A DNA stretch of 64,000 nucleotides from a bacterium (GTDB taxonomy: Bacteria; Zhuqueibacterota; Zhuqueibacteria; Residuimicrobiales; Krinioviventaceae), in NCBI GenBank assembly GCA_963674595.2, contig CAXXFV010000029.1, forward strand, positions 167,312 to 231,311, given 5' to 3'. Each line of letters opens with the position of its first letter. The stretch's first letter is position 1. Below the pieces are notes generated by a model. It worked only from the letters and a program-made list of their open reading frames with translations, was not told the origin of the DNA and did not search any database. Shown here in pieces: positions 46,154 to 55,730 of this stretch. The position numbers were made by a program, and so were the translations under genes.

Positions 46154-48355
46154 ATGAAAAATGTTTTACGATTATTTGTATTCCTGTTTATAATGCAATT
46201 TGGTTTCACTACCATTGCACACGCACAAAGAACAATAACGAAAGGCAGCCACCAGGATTTCAGAGAGGGAGTAGCTCATACACTAAGGACTGCTCGCTTG
46301 AGCGATAATAAAATCCTTGTAACATATAAAGAGTCTTCGTCCAGTACCTCAGATTTATATGCCATTGCCGGTACTGTAAATTCGAGTACAAGAGAAATCG
46401 CATGGGGTACAAGAACTTTTTTAGGATCAGGATACGGAACCGCTCAAGATATTGTTGCTCTATCCTCAACAAAAGCAGCTATATTTTTTGAATATTGGCC
46501 CAGTACTCCCGACACAATGCAATATTGTGTGTTGGATATTGACGGTACTGATATTACAAAAGGAGCGATAACAAAGTTTACTGATCATCAGGTTTCGTAT
46601 AATGCTTCTTTTAGAGCTGCAGCACTATCAAATGATCAGGTTGTTGTTTGTTATGAAACAACGACAGATTCGAGATTATTAGCAATGACCGGAACAGTTA
46701 GCGGAACAACAATTACATGGGGCGGAGCTGCAACATTTAATGCTACAGATGCTGCTTTTACAGCCATTTGCAGGCTTAGTGACACAAAATTTGCCATTGC
46801 TTACGAAGATGACGATAATAGTGATCGAGGCCAAATTCGTATTGGTACAGTAAGCGGCACAACAATTACTCCCGGGGCCAGTGCATATACGTTTAATACA
46901 GGCAGCGCGGTTGGCGCTTTAGCGATAACAGCTTTAGGTGAAGATAGATTGGCACTTGCATGGGAAGACGATGGAGATGCCAACGATGTTGCACAGGTAT
47001 CACTTGCAACAGTAAGTGGTACTGCGGTTTCATTCCCTGGTAATGCACCGAGTTTTTTACAAAATGTAAATAGTGATTTAACAATTTCCGCTTTGTCAGA
47101 GTCTGAAGTTATCGTTGCCATGAGCGCAGGAGCAGGATCACCAGATTCCTATGCTTATTGCGTTTTGTCTGGTAATGATTTCAGTGTAAGCACAGATGTC
47201 CTTCTAAATGATAGAGCAGAGGATGCCAGTGTAAACTGCCTGACTTCAGACCTTTTTGTGATTAGTTTTATCGACTATTACGACGCGGAAGGCGCTGGTG
47301 CCCAATATGGGATGTCCAAAGTTTTTACAGTTGCAAGCGGTTCCTATCCGGAAATAAATGTACAGGGAAACAGTATAGATATTGTTTCAGGTGATAACAC
47401 ACCAACAACAGCCGACCATACGGATTTCGGCACAGGAGCTACGCTATCTCGAACGTTTACAATACAAAACCAGGGTGCAGGCACGCTCACACTGGGCTCA
47501 AACGCTGTTACAATTACAGGTACAGATGCTGCAAACTTTAGTGTTGACACACAACCAGCAACTACCGTTTCCGGCAGTTCCAGCACAACATTTGTGATTG
47601 ATTTTGCATCTGCCAGCGCTACTTCTCATTCTGCAGAAATTCATATCAACAGTGATGACATTCACGAACGGGACTATTTCTTTTCAATTACAGCAGAAGG
47701 CGCAGCATCTTCAAACGTCCGCGCCCAAATCAAAGTCTTTCTCGAAGGGCCGTACAATTCGACCAACAATGAAATGAATATTGACTTAAAGACAGCAGCG
47801 GTCATCCCTACAACATCACCCTATTCTGAAGACGCCCGCACCATTGGTTCCATTCCCGCAGAAATTGTAGATTGGGTGTTGGTGCAGCTTCGCTCCACGT
47901 CGGATGGAGCAGCCGTGGTTTCCAAAAGCGCATTGCTGCACAAAAGCGGTTCCATTGTTGCCGATGACGGTATAACAGATTACATAGAGCTGGAAACGGA
48001 TGCGGATGATTATTTTATTGTTATTAAACACAGAAATCATATAGCCGTTATGAGCGCTGTTGTTCACAGCCTCACTGCCGGCAGTTCGACTCTTTATGAT
48101 TTTACAATAAACAAAAATAAATATTGGGAAAACGATGCCATAGAAGTGGATACCGATCCTCAAACAATTTACGGCATGTACGCCGGAGACACCGATGCCC
48201 TCGGCACAGTAGACGCCGATGATAGGGCAGCCACATGGAACGACAGAAATAAATCCGGCTACGAAAACAGTGACTGTAAACTCACCGGTTCAGTCGATGC
48301 AGACGACAGGGCAGTCACCTGGAACAACAGAAATAAATCAACCAAATTGCCGTAA
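46154..48355 (+). CDS. Large secreted repeat protein with C-terminal dockerin-like Ca-binding repeats
   Basis: 733 aa with a signal peptide. About 55-aa repeats (GTVSGTTIT...). C-terminal duplicated segment TVDADDRAATWNDRNKS / SVDADDRAVTWNNRNKS. No T9SS tail. Confidence 0.6.
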   Translation: MKNVLRLFVFLFIMQFGFTTIAHAQRTITKGSHQDFREGVAHTLRTARLSDNKILVTYKESSSSTSDLYAIAGTVNSSTREIAWGTRTFLGSGYGTAQDIVALSSTKAAIFFEYWPSTPDTMQYCVLDIDGTDITKGAITKFTDHQVSYNASFRAAALSNDQVVVCYETTTDSRLLAMTGTVSGTTITWGGAATFNATDAAFTAICRLSDTKFAIAYEDDDNSDRGQIRIGTVSGTTITPGASAYTFNTGSAVGALAITALGEDRLALAWEDDGDANDVAQVSLATVSGTAVSFPGNAPSFLQNVNSDLTISALSESEVIVAMSAGAGSPDSYAYCVLSGNDFSVSTDVLLNDRAEDASVNCLTSDLFVISFIDYYDAEGAGAQYGMSKVFTVASGSYPEINVQGNSIDIVSGDNTPTTADHTDFGTGATLSRTFTIQNQGAGTLTLGSNAVTITGTDAANFSVDTQPATTVSGSSSTTFVIDFASASATSHSAEIHINSDDIHERDYFFSITAEGAASSNVRAQIKVFLEGPYNSTNNEMNIDLKTAAVIPTTSPYSEDARTIGSIPAEIVDWVLVQLRSTSDGAAVVSKSALLHKSGSIVADDGITDYIELETDADDYFIVIKHRNHIAVMSAVVHSLTAGSSTLYDFTINKNKYWENDAIEVDTDPQTIYGMYAGDTDALGTVDADDRAATWNDRNKSGYENSDCKLTGSVDADDRAVTWNNRNKSTKLP

Positions 48356-48393
48356 TAAATTGAATTTGAATTGAAAGACAAGAGGAACCTCTC

Positions 48394-49536
48394 ATGAAAA
48401 TAAAGATGATACTCATAGCAATGCTGGTAAACATAACCGCACTTTTTGCGCAATATGAATTCACTGCATCGGTACAAAACCAAACAGTCAACGGCACAGA
48501 TTTCACCTTTGACATTTATATGCAGCAAACCGGCGCTGAAGCAATCTATCTCGGACAGAGTGATTTTGCCTTTACATTTAACAACGAAAACTTTACAAGC
48601 GCTGCGGCTACTGTCGAGGCAGACCTTTCTCTCTTTTATGGAAGCAGCGCCACAGTTATTTCACCTAACATCATTGTTGTTAATATCAATGCACCTGCCC
48701 CCGGCAATCAAAGTGAATTCGATGCAATGGTTGCCCAAATGTCAGCGTCCGGAAATGGAAGTTTTATTGCGACAGTTAAAATCAGCACAATCTCCAATCC
48801 ATCCGGCTTTATGGGGCTGGCATGGAGAACTTCCGGCCTTAACAGCACCAAAATAAATCGATTTGACAACAGTGCTCCCTGGGCACAATCCAGCATCACC
48901 TCAAGCGGCACATACTCTGGTATTTCCGACACCTCCCTGCCAGTGGACATCTCATCCTTCTCTGCAAGATGCGAAGGGCAATCTGTCATTATCAACTGGA
49001 CAACCGAATCTGAAACAGATAATCTGGGATTCATCCTCGAACGGTCTTTGGATAAAACTGTCTGGACAACCATTGCCAGCTACCAAACAGACGATGCTTT
49101 GAAAGGCCAGGGAAATACCTCCTCTGCCACAGAATATACATTCACCGATTCGAAAATTAAACATGATGCAACCTACGCTTACCGACTTTCAGATGTGAAC
49201 ACAAACGGCAAGGTCAGCGTGTACTCTTCTCTTAACATCACGGTGGATACGCTTCCGAAAATGACAGACATGGAAAAGGCCTATCCCAATCCTTTCAATC
49301 CCCAAACGCACATTGCCTATCATCTCGCAAAAGAGGCAGATGTAGAAATCACAGTTTTCAACATACTGGGCCGGCAAATTAAAACATTACATTCAGGCAG
49401 ACAGGTTGCAGGAAGCTATCATGTCTACTGGAACGCCACAAACAATTCAGGAGACAACGTACCCACAGGGACTTTTCTTATCTGTATGCAAGCTGGTGAT
49501 ATTTATAAAATTCAAAAAGTCCTGTTAATTAAATAA
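48394..49536 (+). CDS. Secreted protein with cohesin-like N-terminal domain (guess) and T9SS C-terminal sorting domain
   Basis: 380 aa with a signal peptide. C-terminus: AYPNPFNPQTHIAYHL...GTFLICMQAGDIYKIQKVLLIK. Confidence 0.65.
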   Translation: MKIKMILIAMLVNITALFAQYEFTASVQNQTVNGTDFTFDIYMQQTGAEAIYLGQSDFAFTFNNENFTSAAATVEADLSLFYGSSATVISPNIIVVNINAPAPGNQSEFDAMVAQMSASGNGSFIATVKISTISNPSGFMGLAWRTSGLNSTKINRFDNSAPWAQSSITSSGTYSGISDTSLPVDISSFSARCEGQSVIINWTTESETDNLGFILERSLDKTVWTTIASYQTDDALKGQGNTSSATEYTFTDSKIKHDATYAYRLSDVNTNGKVSVYSSLNITVDTLPKMTDMEKAYPNPFNPQTHIAYHLAKEADVEITVFNILGRQIKTLHSGRQVAGSYHVYWNATNNSGDNVPTGTFLICMQAGDIYKIQKVLLIK

Positions 49537-49598
49537 GGAAAATTTTACAATAGGTTTTGTCAAAAAGGTGGTAATTTACAAGTCGTAGACCTTAATTA

Positions 49599-49660
49599 CG
49601 CCTTGAGAATTTTTCTCAAGCGCACAATAAGTCAGGATATTTACCCCGGTAAATATCAAT
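49599..49660. repeat. Truncated member of the RAYT-flank repeat family
   Basis: cgccttgaga-atttt-tctcaagcg hairpin, then caggatatttaccccggtaaatatcaatt. Confidence 0.5.
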
Positions 49661-49849
49661 TATATAAAATACGCATAATTTTCCCGGTGTGAAAAATATT
49701 CATAGCAAATCCGTAAAATCAACCAATAACGGGATTTTTCAAACTTGTTCTCCCGGTTCTTTTGTGGAACGGTTGTTGTAATATTCTATTCGATTTGAAT
49801 GTTTCTCAGGACCATCAAAAAACGATACTAAACCTTAACAGGACTTTTT

Positions 49850-51433
49850 ATGTTAACGAGAAGAGATTTTTTAAAAATTGCGGGAGCAGCCACCGGTGCA
49901 GTTGCCGCCAATCCGTTAAGCGCTTTTAGCTATCCTTTTAAAAGAACGGCAAATTACTTCACAGTTCATCCCTTTATTGAACAAAATCCCGATGCTGTTT
50001 TTATCATGAAGACGAATGTTGATGTAAAGACAAATTCCGAGGCGGTAAAACAGGCTGGTCTTGCGTTCGGACAATCTGTATTTCAGTTAACAGATGACGA
50101 CCAAACCGGCGTTCCATTGGACTATATGTTCCCCATTAAACCAAACCTAACATCATGGGCGTGGGATACGCCGCAGGATGCTGATTTTAAACAGGTGATG
50201 GGGGCTGTAACGGATGTAAATTTTGTGGAAGGTGTCATCGAAAGTATGAAAGCGCTTGGCATCAATGCCGAACAATTTTATATTCGCGATGCGAATGGCT
50301 CTGAAAATTATGACAGGGCCGGTTACAGCGCTATGGGAGAACGTACCGGTGTGGATATCCAGTTAAACGCTCAAAATCCGCAACTGCAATGGGTGGATGT
50401 CCCCAAAGGCGTGTGGTTTAAACGTATCCCCTATTTATGGCCGATCAACACCCCCAATAGCTGGTTGTTAAACATTGCGAAATTTAAAGCACATGGAATG
50501 GGATTGACATTGAGCGCCAAAAATCTTCAGGGAAGCATTCCGGCCCCTTATGTTTGTCATTGTGCGGCCTGGGGCGCATCAATGGGCATGGATCCCGCAG
50601 ATATACAGCCCAATGCTTTTGACGTGATTGCTGAAAATTATAATCGTCACAGAGATGCGGGAATTCCACGATGGGACGTAGAAGGATTGGACGTTAACGG
50701 CGGTCAGGGAATGGAGACATGGGCCGCGCGCTGCATCGATAATAATTCTGTTTTAAAACCGGGACTAAATGTTATTGAAGGTATCTATGGCCGGGATGGA
50801 AACGGTTTTTATCAGGGTCCGCATAATGGCGCTGCCCAGGATTTTTTAACCAATATTATTATCTTTGGTAAAAATACTTTTTACGTAGATATTATCGGAA
50901 AATGGCTTGGCGGACATGAACCGGGAAATTTTGGTCTTTTTCACATCGCCAAAGAACGTAACATGATTGATACCTTTAATCCAAAAGAAATTTCTTTATA
51001 CGAATGGAATGCAAACGGACAAGCAACACTTGCTGATCTAGCAAATTTTGAACGCACTGCCCTGCAAACATATTATTTAACAAAGCCGGGTGAAGATAAA
51101 TATCATCTTTGCAACGAGCCTTATGATTACAAACCCTCCATTATTGTGGATAATACAACGAGCAAACCGTCAAGTTTTATTCTCCAACAAAACTATCCGA
51201 ATCCGTTTAACGGTTCAACGTCCATTACGTTTACCCTTCCCAGGAGCGGCAGGACACGGTTGGAAATTTTTAACAGCCGGGGTGAAATTGTTGATGTCAT
51301 TGCAGAGGGATATTATCAGCAAGGAACACATTTAGCCCTTTGGAGAAACGATAATTTACCATCAGGTACCTATTTCTATCGATTACGATTCGATTCCTTT
51401 AATGAAATGAAAAAAATGGTATTGGTAAAATAG
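49850..51433 (+). CDS. DUF362-like protein with Tat signal and T9SS C-terminal sorting domain
   Basis: The N-terminus MLTRRDFLKIAGAATGAVAA is a twin-arginine motif. The mid-protein segment FKAHGMGLTLSAKNLQGS is DUF362-like. C-terminus: QNYPNPFNGSTSITFTL...GTYFYRL...KMVLVK. Confidence 0.65.
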   Translation: MLTRRDFLKIAGAATGAVAANPLSAFSYPFKRTANYFTVHPFIEQNPDAVFIMKTNVDVKTNSEAVKQAGLAFGQSVFQLTDDDQTGVPLDYMFPIKPNLTSWAWDTPQDADFKQVMGAVTDVNFVEGVIESMKALGINAEQFYIRDANGSENYDRAGYSAMGERTGVDIQLNAQNPQLQWVDVPKGVWFKRIPYLWPINTPNSWLLNIAKFKAHGMGLTLSAKNLQGSIPAPYVCHCAAWGASMGMDPADIQPNAFDVIAENYNRHRDAGIPRWDVEGLDVNGGQGMETWAARCIDNNSVLKPGLNVIEGIYGRDGNGFYQGPHNGAAQDFLTNIIIFGKNTFYVDIIGKWLGGHEPGNFGLFHIAKERNMIDTFNPKEISLYEWNANGQATLADLANFERTALQTYYLTKPGEDKYHLCNEPYDYKPSIIVDNTTSKPSSFILQQNYPNPFNGSTSITFTLPRSGRTRLEIFNSRGEIVDVIAEGYYQQGTHLALWRNDNLPSGTYFYRLRFDSFNEMKKMVLVK

Positions 51434-51617
51434 TATCTTTTGCCCGAGTTGGAAAAAATTCTCCGAACCGGCAAAACATACTGTAGAATTTTCAGAATTT
51501 ATATTGATGAATAATGTTGAAAACGTTAAATTGGCAGAATAAGAACAATAGTGTTTGCCCACATAGACTTGCTGAATCAACACCAGCCATCCAAAATTTA
51601 ATGAACAAAGGGAAAAA

Positions 51618-51870
51618 ATGACGGAAAAAGAATTAGCAGAATTAACGGACGAAGAATTGTTGCAAAAAGCAAAAAAAAATGAAATCAACTTCCATAACAA
51701 ATGCCGTACTGGTTGGATTTCTGATAGGAATAATATTTTACAGCATTTTAAAAAACAGTTTAGGATTTTTTACACTAATCCCTTTATTTATAGCATACAA
51801 ATTGATTAATAATTCAAAAGATGATAATAAAGAATTAGAAAATCTTTTAAAAGAACGAAATTTAAAATAA
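51618..51870 (+). CDS. Small 2-TM membrane protein, either split by a frameshift in an A-run or starting at 51679
   Basis: ORF 51618..51809 (MTEKELAELTDEELLQKAKK...) and ORF 51679..51870 (MKSTSITNAVLVGFLIGIIFYSIL...) overlap at the A-run 51671-51679. One fewer A would fuse them in frame. Confidence 0.5.
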
Positions 51871-51937
51871 GAAACAGCAAAAAATTGTCAAAACCGTAAT
51901 GAAATCATTATAAAGATTGAATGATTCTGATCGCTTT

Positions 51938-52088
51938 GGTAAAAATTTCCCAGGCGAAATGAATCAGGTTTTTACCCCGATAACAAAAGCTTTAATCATG
52001 TAAATATTAATACAGACCCGTTATCTGAGAACGAATCAAAGAACATGCCCTGCTTTATTTAACGCCCTGGGATAAATTTTCAGGGGCC
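51938..52088. mobile_element. MITE-like internally deleted derivative of the RAYT element (second copy)
   Basis: ggtaaaaatttcccaggcgaaatgaatcaggtttttaccccgataacaaaagctttaatcatgtaaatattaat...gaacatgccctg...cgccctgggataaattttcagggg is colinear with the 45885-46016 copy and with the RAYT flanks. Confidence 0.7.
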
Positions 52089-52156
52089 GGTAAAGTATTA
52101 ATTAAACAATGGGGCAAAAGCCCGGTTTATAACAGGCATACATTAGAGGTGTTGAA

Positions 52157-53242
52157 ATGAAAACTATTATTTCTATTATAGCATGTTTCATTTTATTTAG
52201 TTTTTGTTATTGTGAGCGGGAATCAGTAACGGCTATTAATTCTGATAATGCAGGCACTGGAAGTATAACATTTTCATTTAAAAAAAATAATAGTGCCGAT
52301 GGTGTTTGTAAAATTATTTTGGCCCTGTCAAGGACCGGTTTTGCGACAATTAATGATACTGTTGCCGTTACCAATGAAAACACAAGCATGGTGTTTATTT
52401 CAAGCATTCCATTGGGTACATGGCAATTAAACGTTGATGGTGTGGATAATAACAACGCCGTATTATATAGCGGGCAAACAGAAGTCGAAATACAAGCGAA
52501 TCAAACGACACAAGTAGATTTAACCCTTCGACCGGCCACAGGCTCTATTAATATTAACATTCAGTGGGGTAATAATGCGGGTAAAGCCGTTTATTTTACG
52601 AATGGTGAAAATTATATCAAGGTTAATAACTCACCTTTGCTTAATAATATGACAGATCAACTCACATTGGAAGCCTGGGTAAAACCGATTAATCAATATT
52701 ATAACTATATAATAAATAAAACAGGTCACCAATATACAATGGAACTGATAAACGGCTTAAGGCCGGCATTTAGATTTGATGGTCTAACAGTTGATTATAA
52801 TGACATGAATGATTATTGGGGACGGATCGTATTAAACACAACAATACCCGAAAATGAATGGACTCACATTGCGTATTCATATAACAGTATGGAATCAAAC
52901 GTTGATATATTTATTAACGGGGAACTTTATCAAACTCTTTATTCAACAGGTTTATTACAAACAAACACAGGAGATTTGTTAATAGGTGCCTATCTAAGTG
53001 ATAATTATCGTTTATTCTACAAAGGTTATATTGATGAAGTTCGGATTTGGAACGTATCACGTTCTCAAAGTGAAATACAAGAAAACATGGCTTGTCCGCT
53101 TGAAGGAAATGAAGACGGACTCGTTGCTTATTGGCGTTTTGATGAAATAGTTGATAATAATATAGTTGTAGACAAATCAGGAAATCATAACAATGGTTAT
53201 ATTGTCGGAGAATTAAACCTGGCAGATTCTTTTGCATTTTGA
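52157..53242 (+). CDS. Lipoprotein with LamG/concanavalin-A-like lectin domain
   Basis: 361 aa with a lipobox (FILFSFCYC). LTLEAWVKP...GYIDEVRIWNVSRSQSEIQ is the typical LamG signature. Confidence 0.65.
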   Translation: MKTIISIIACFILFSFCYCERESVTAINSDNAGTGSITFSFKKNNSADGVCKIILALSRTGFATINDTVAVTNENTSMVFISSIPLGTWQLNVDGVDNNNAVLYSGQTEVEIQANQTTQVDLTLRPATGSININIQWGNNAGKAVYFTNGENYIKVNNSPLLNNMTDQLTLEAWVKPINQYYNYIINKTGHQYTMELINGLRPAFRFDGLTVDYNDMNDYWGRIVLNTTIPENEWTHIAYSYNSMESNVDIFINGELYQTLYSTGLLQTNTGDLLIGAYLSDNYRLFYKGYIDEVRIWNVSRSQSEIQENMACPLEGNEDGLVAYWRFDEIVDNNIVVDKSGNHNNGYIVGELNLADSFAF

Positions 53243-53387
53243 AATAAACTTGTTCCGCACACAGAGACTCCTTGCCAAGTGCGTAATTAGTAGTATGCAG
53301 TGTTCCCCTGCGGCGCCCGATAAAAAACATGAGAAAATATTCACACAAAAAGAAAAAAAAGCATCAATAGATAAAAGGTTTTACAAT

Positions 53388-54017
53388 ATGTCTTTCAAGT
53401 TCATACTGCTGTTTTCAACAACTGTTTTTGTTGCCTCAATAATACCGGGGCCAAGTATGTTATTAGCCTTAACCCATGGTATGCATTACGGAGCGAGACG
53501 AACCATCGCCTCTGCTATGGGGAATATTACAGTAACCCTCATTCAAGCGTCTGTTTCCATTGCAGGGTTAGGCGCCATTTTAATTGCTTCTGAAACAATA
53601 TTTCAATTAATTAAATTGGCAGGAGCGGCATATCTTATCTATATGGGAATCGTCATATTACGATCACCAAAAATGTCGTTATCGCCGATTAAAGCCGGAG
53701 ATTCCACAAAAGGTAACTCTTTAAAAAGGATGTATCTGCAGGCTGCATTTGTTACGGCGGGGAACCCCAAAGCAATTGTATTTTTTACAGCCGTTTTTCC
53801 TCAATTTATTGATCCTGATGCCGGCTTTTTAACTCAATCCTGCACGCTTTTGAGCATTGGCGCTTTTATAGCGTTTAGCTGTTTTATGATTTATGCAATG
53901 GCCGGCCAAAAGATAGTTTCGCTGTTTTCCCAGGCCACTGTTGGAAAATATATAAAAAGAGTTATTGGCGGCACTTTTATTGGAGCAGGTATTGGCCTTG
54001 CTGTAAGCAGCAAATAA
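53388..54017 (+). CDS. LysE/RhtB family amino-acid exporter
   Basis: The start was trimmed to MSFKFILLFSTTVFVASIIPGPSMLLALTHG, the LysE N-terminal motif. NPKAIVFF is present. Confidence 0.8.
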   Translation: MSFKFILLFSTTVFVASIIPGPSMLLALTHGMHYGARRTIASAMGNITVTLIQASVSIAGLGAILIASETIFQLIKLAGAAYLIYMGIVILRSPKMSLSPIKAGDSTKGNSLKRMYLQAAFVTAGNPKAIVFFTAVFPQFIDPDAGFLTQSCTLLSIGAFIAFSCFMIYAMAGQKIVSLFSQATVGKYIKRVIGGTFIGAGIGLAVSSK

Positions 54018-54200
54018 AAAACAAAACACAATATAAAGCAATTTTGCTCATCCGGGGATTCCGTTCTCCGGTTATAAATGACAAGGAGTACCTGCTCCAT
54101 ATTGCTCACCTTGAGAGTGTTTTCCAAGACGTGGTCGAGCAGGATATTTACGCTCTATAAAATTTACGAAAAAATAATTTCTCCCCTTTGCCCTTTTTTC

Positions 54201-54437
54201 AACATTTTTCAAAAACAGCTTGCCTGGATTTTTTATAATTTGTATAATTCATTTGTCAGCAAAAGGGACCGTTATTCAGGATGATATGGGTGTTCCTGGA
54301 TTGCCTCTTACTGATTTATAATTTCATCTTAAAAAACGGGTTTTAACAACACACACGAGGAAGAGATTTCGCCGGTTATCAAATTATATTCCTGTGGTCT
54401 CACTTGTAAATGATTAGGCTGGATGCGTTAAGTATCC
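54201..54437 (+). ncRNA. Candidate structured leader/sRNA element, copy 2 of 3
   Basis: See 45028-45284. Lies about 170 nt upstream of the outer-membrane-protein-like gene starting at 54605. Confidence 0.4.
54220..54248 (+). promoter_or_regulatory. Sigma70-like promoter of element copy 2
   Basis: TTGCCT-17 nt-TATAAT. Confidence 0.6.
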
Positions 54438-54604
54438 CGGTTACCAGTTCTGTTTTGCAGCAGGATAATTTTATTCCTTGTAAAAAACAGATATGTTCCC
54501 ATATGGAAATATAGAATTTGCCGGTAAAAATTAACAATATTGGTTTTATAATAATTGAGTGCTATGCTAAACAAATAATTGAATTCACAGGGAGATTTAA
54601 GACG

Positions 54605-55621
54605 ATGAAACAGACATGGAAATCCGGCAGCATCACATTATTAATTTTTATTCTATTTTTACTTTCCGGTCCGGCAAATGCTCAACAGGATATCGACACA
54701 AATAACGATATTGAAAAATGGAAAGGGAAAAAACCGGCTTTAATATTAAAAGAAAATAAAACCAAAGTAATAACCGGAAAAATTATTAAAGTTGATGAAA
54801 ACGGAGTGATATTCGATCCAAAAAAGGAAAGTCTGTTTTATAATCCTCCGCAAAAGTTTTACTCATTTGATGAAATTGAAACACTGGTTGGTAACAATGG
54901 TAAATATATTATCAATCAGGGTAAACGAATTGGTGAAAATTACGAGTCGGCGCAACAGGCCAGGAGACCGACCCAAAGAAGTAAAAGTAGTAAAAGTAGA
55001 AGTAAAAAATCTTTTTCTCATAAATTCAGGTTTAATGCAGAATATGGATATAGCTCGCTCAGAATAAAACCGGAAGACAATATTGATCCCATTTTCAAGG
55101 ATTATGTAAATGAATTAAAATCAGGCAGCAATTTTAGTATGGATGTCTGTTGTTTTGTTTCTTACTATTATGGAGTTGGACTTGTATACTCAAATTTTTC
55201 AACATCCGGTTTTATTGACGGAATTTATGCGGTGGATATTACCACAGGCAGAGAGTTAGGTCCCGGTAGGATTGAAGACAACATAACAGTATCTTTTATT
55301 GGTCCAGCTTTTTTTGAAAGAAAAGCGTTAATTCCGCAAAAATTACTGCTTATTTCCAATATAGCTATTGGCCGTATATCCTATGTTAATGACGGCACGA
55401 TTATAACGGAACCGGTTACAATAAAGGGAAATACTATCGGTTTTAGTGGGGCAATCGGATTAGATTTTTTTATAGCTAAAGATTTTGCAATTGGTATAGA
55501 TTTTTCATACCTGATTGGAAAAATCGGCAAATACAAAATTAACAATCAAACCGTCGATCTTGAAGAAGATGAAAGTATGAATCGCTGGGATTTTAATATA
55601 GGTTTAAAATATTATCTTTAA
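54605..55621 (+). CDS. Putative outer-membrane beta-barrel protein
   Basis: The start was trimmed to MKQTWKSGSITLLIFILFLLSGPANAQQ. The C-terminal half has alternating-hydrophobic strands and ends ...WDFNIGLKYYL. Confidence 0.55.
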   Translation: MKQTWKSGSITLLIFILFLLSGPANAQQDIDTNNDIEKWKGKKPALILKENKTKVITGKIIKVDENGVIFDPKKESLFYNPPQKFYSFDEIETLVGNNGKYIINQGKRIGENYESAQQARRPTQRSKSSKSRSKKSFSHKFRFNAEYGYSSLRIKPEDNIDPIFKDYVNELKSGSNFSMDVCCFVSYYYGVGLVYSNFSTSGFIDGIYAVDITTGRELGPGRIEDNITVSFIGPAFFERKALIPQKLLLISNIAIGRISYVNDGTIITEPVTIKGNTIGFSGAIGLDFFIAKDFAIGIDFSYLIGKIGKYKINNQTVDLEEDESMNRWDFNIGLKYYL

Positions 55622-55730
55622 AATTTCACGAGTATCTTGTAAATTATTATTTTCTACCCGCTCAAGGATTGCTTTCCCTGAGCGGAAAACAGGAGTAACT
55701 ATCCCCTCTTTAATCAGCTTCCAACATTAA

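Noticed and set aside
53232-53387. N-terminal extensions in the ORF track (53232.., 54518.., 61076.., 31151.., 28445.., 26728..)
   Set aside because: Internal Met codons give proper signal peptides or family-typical N-termini and remove overlaps with upstream genes. The extensions have odd composition, so I trimmed them.
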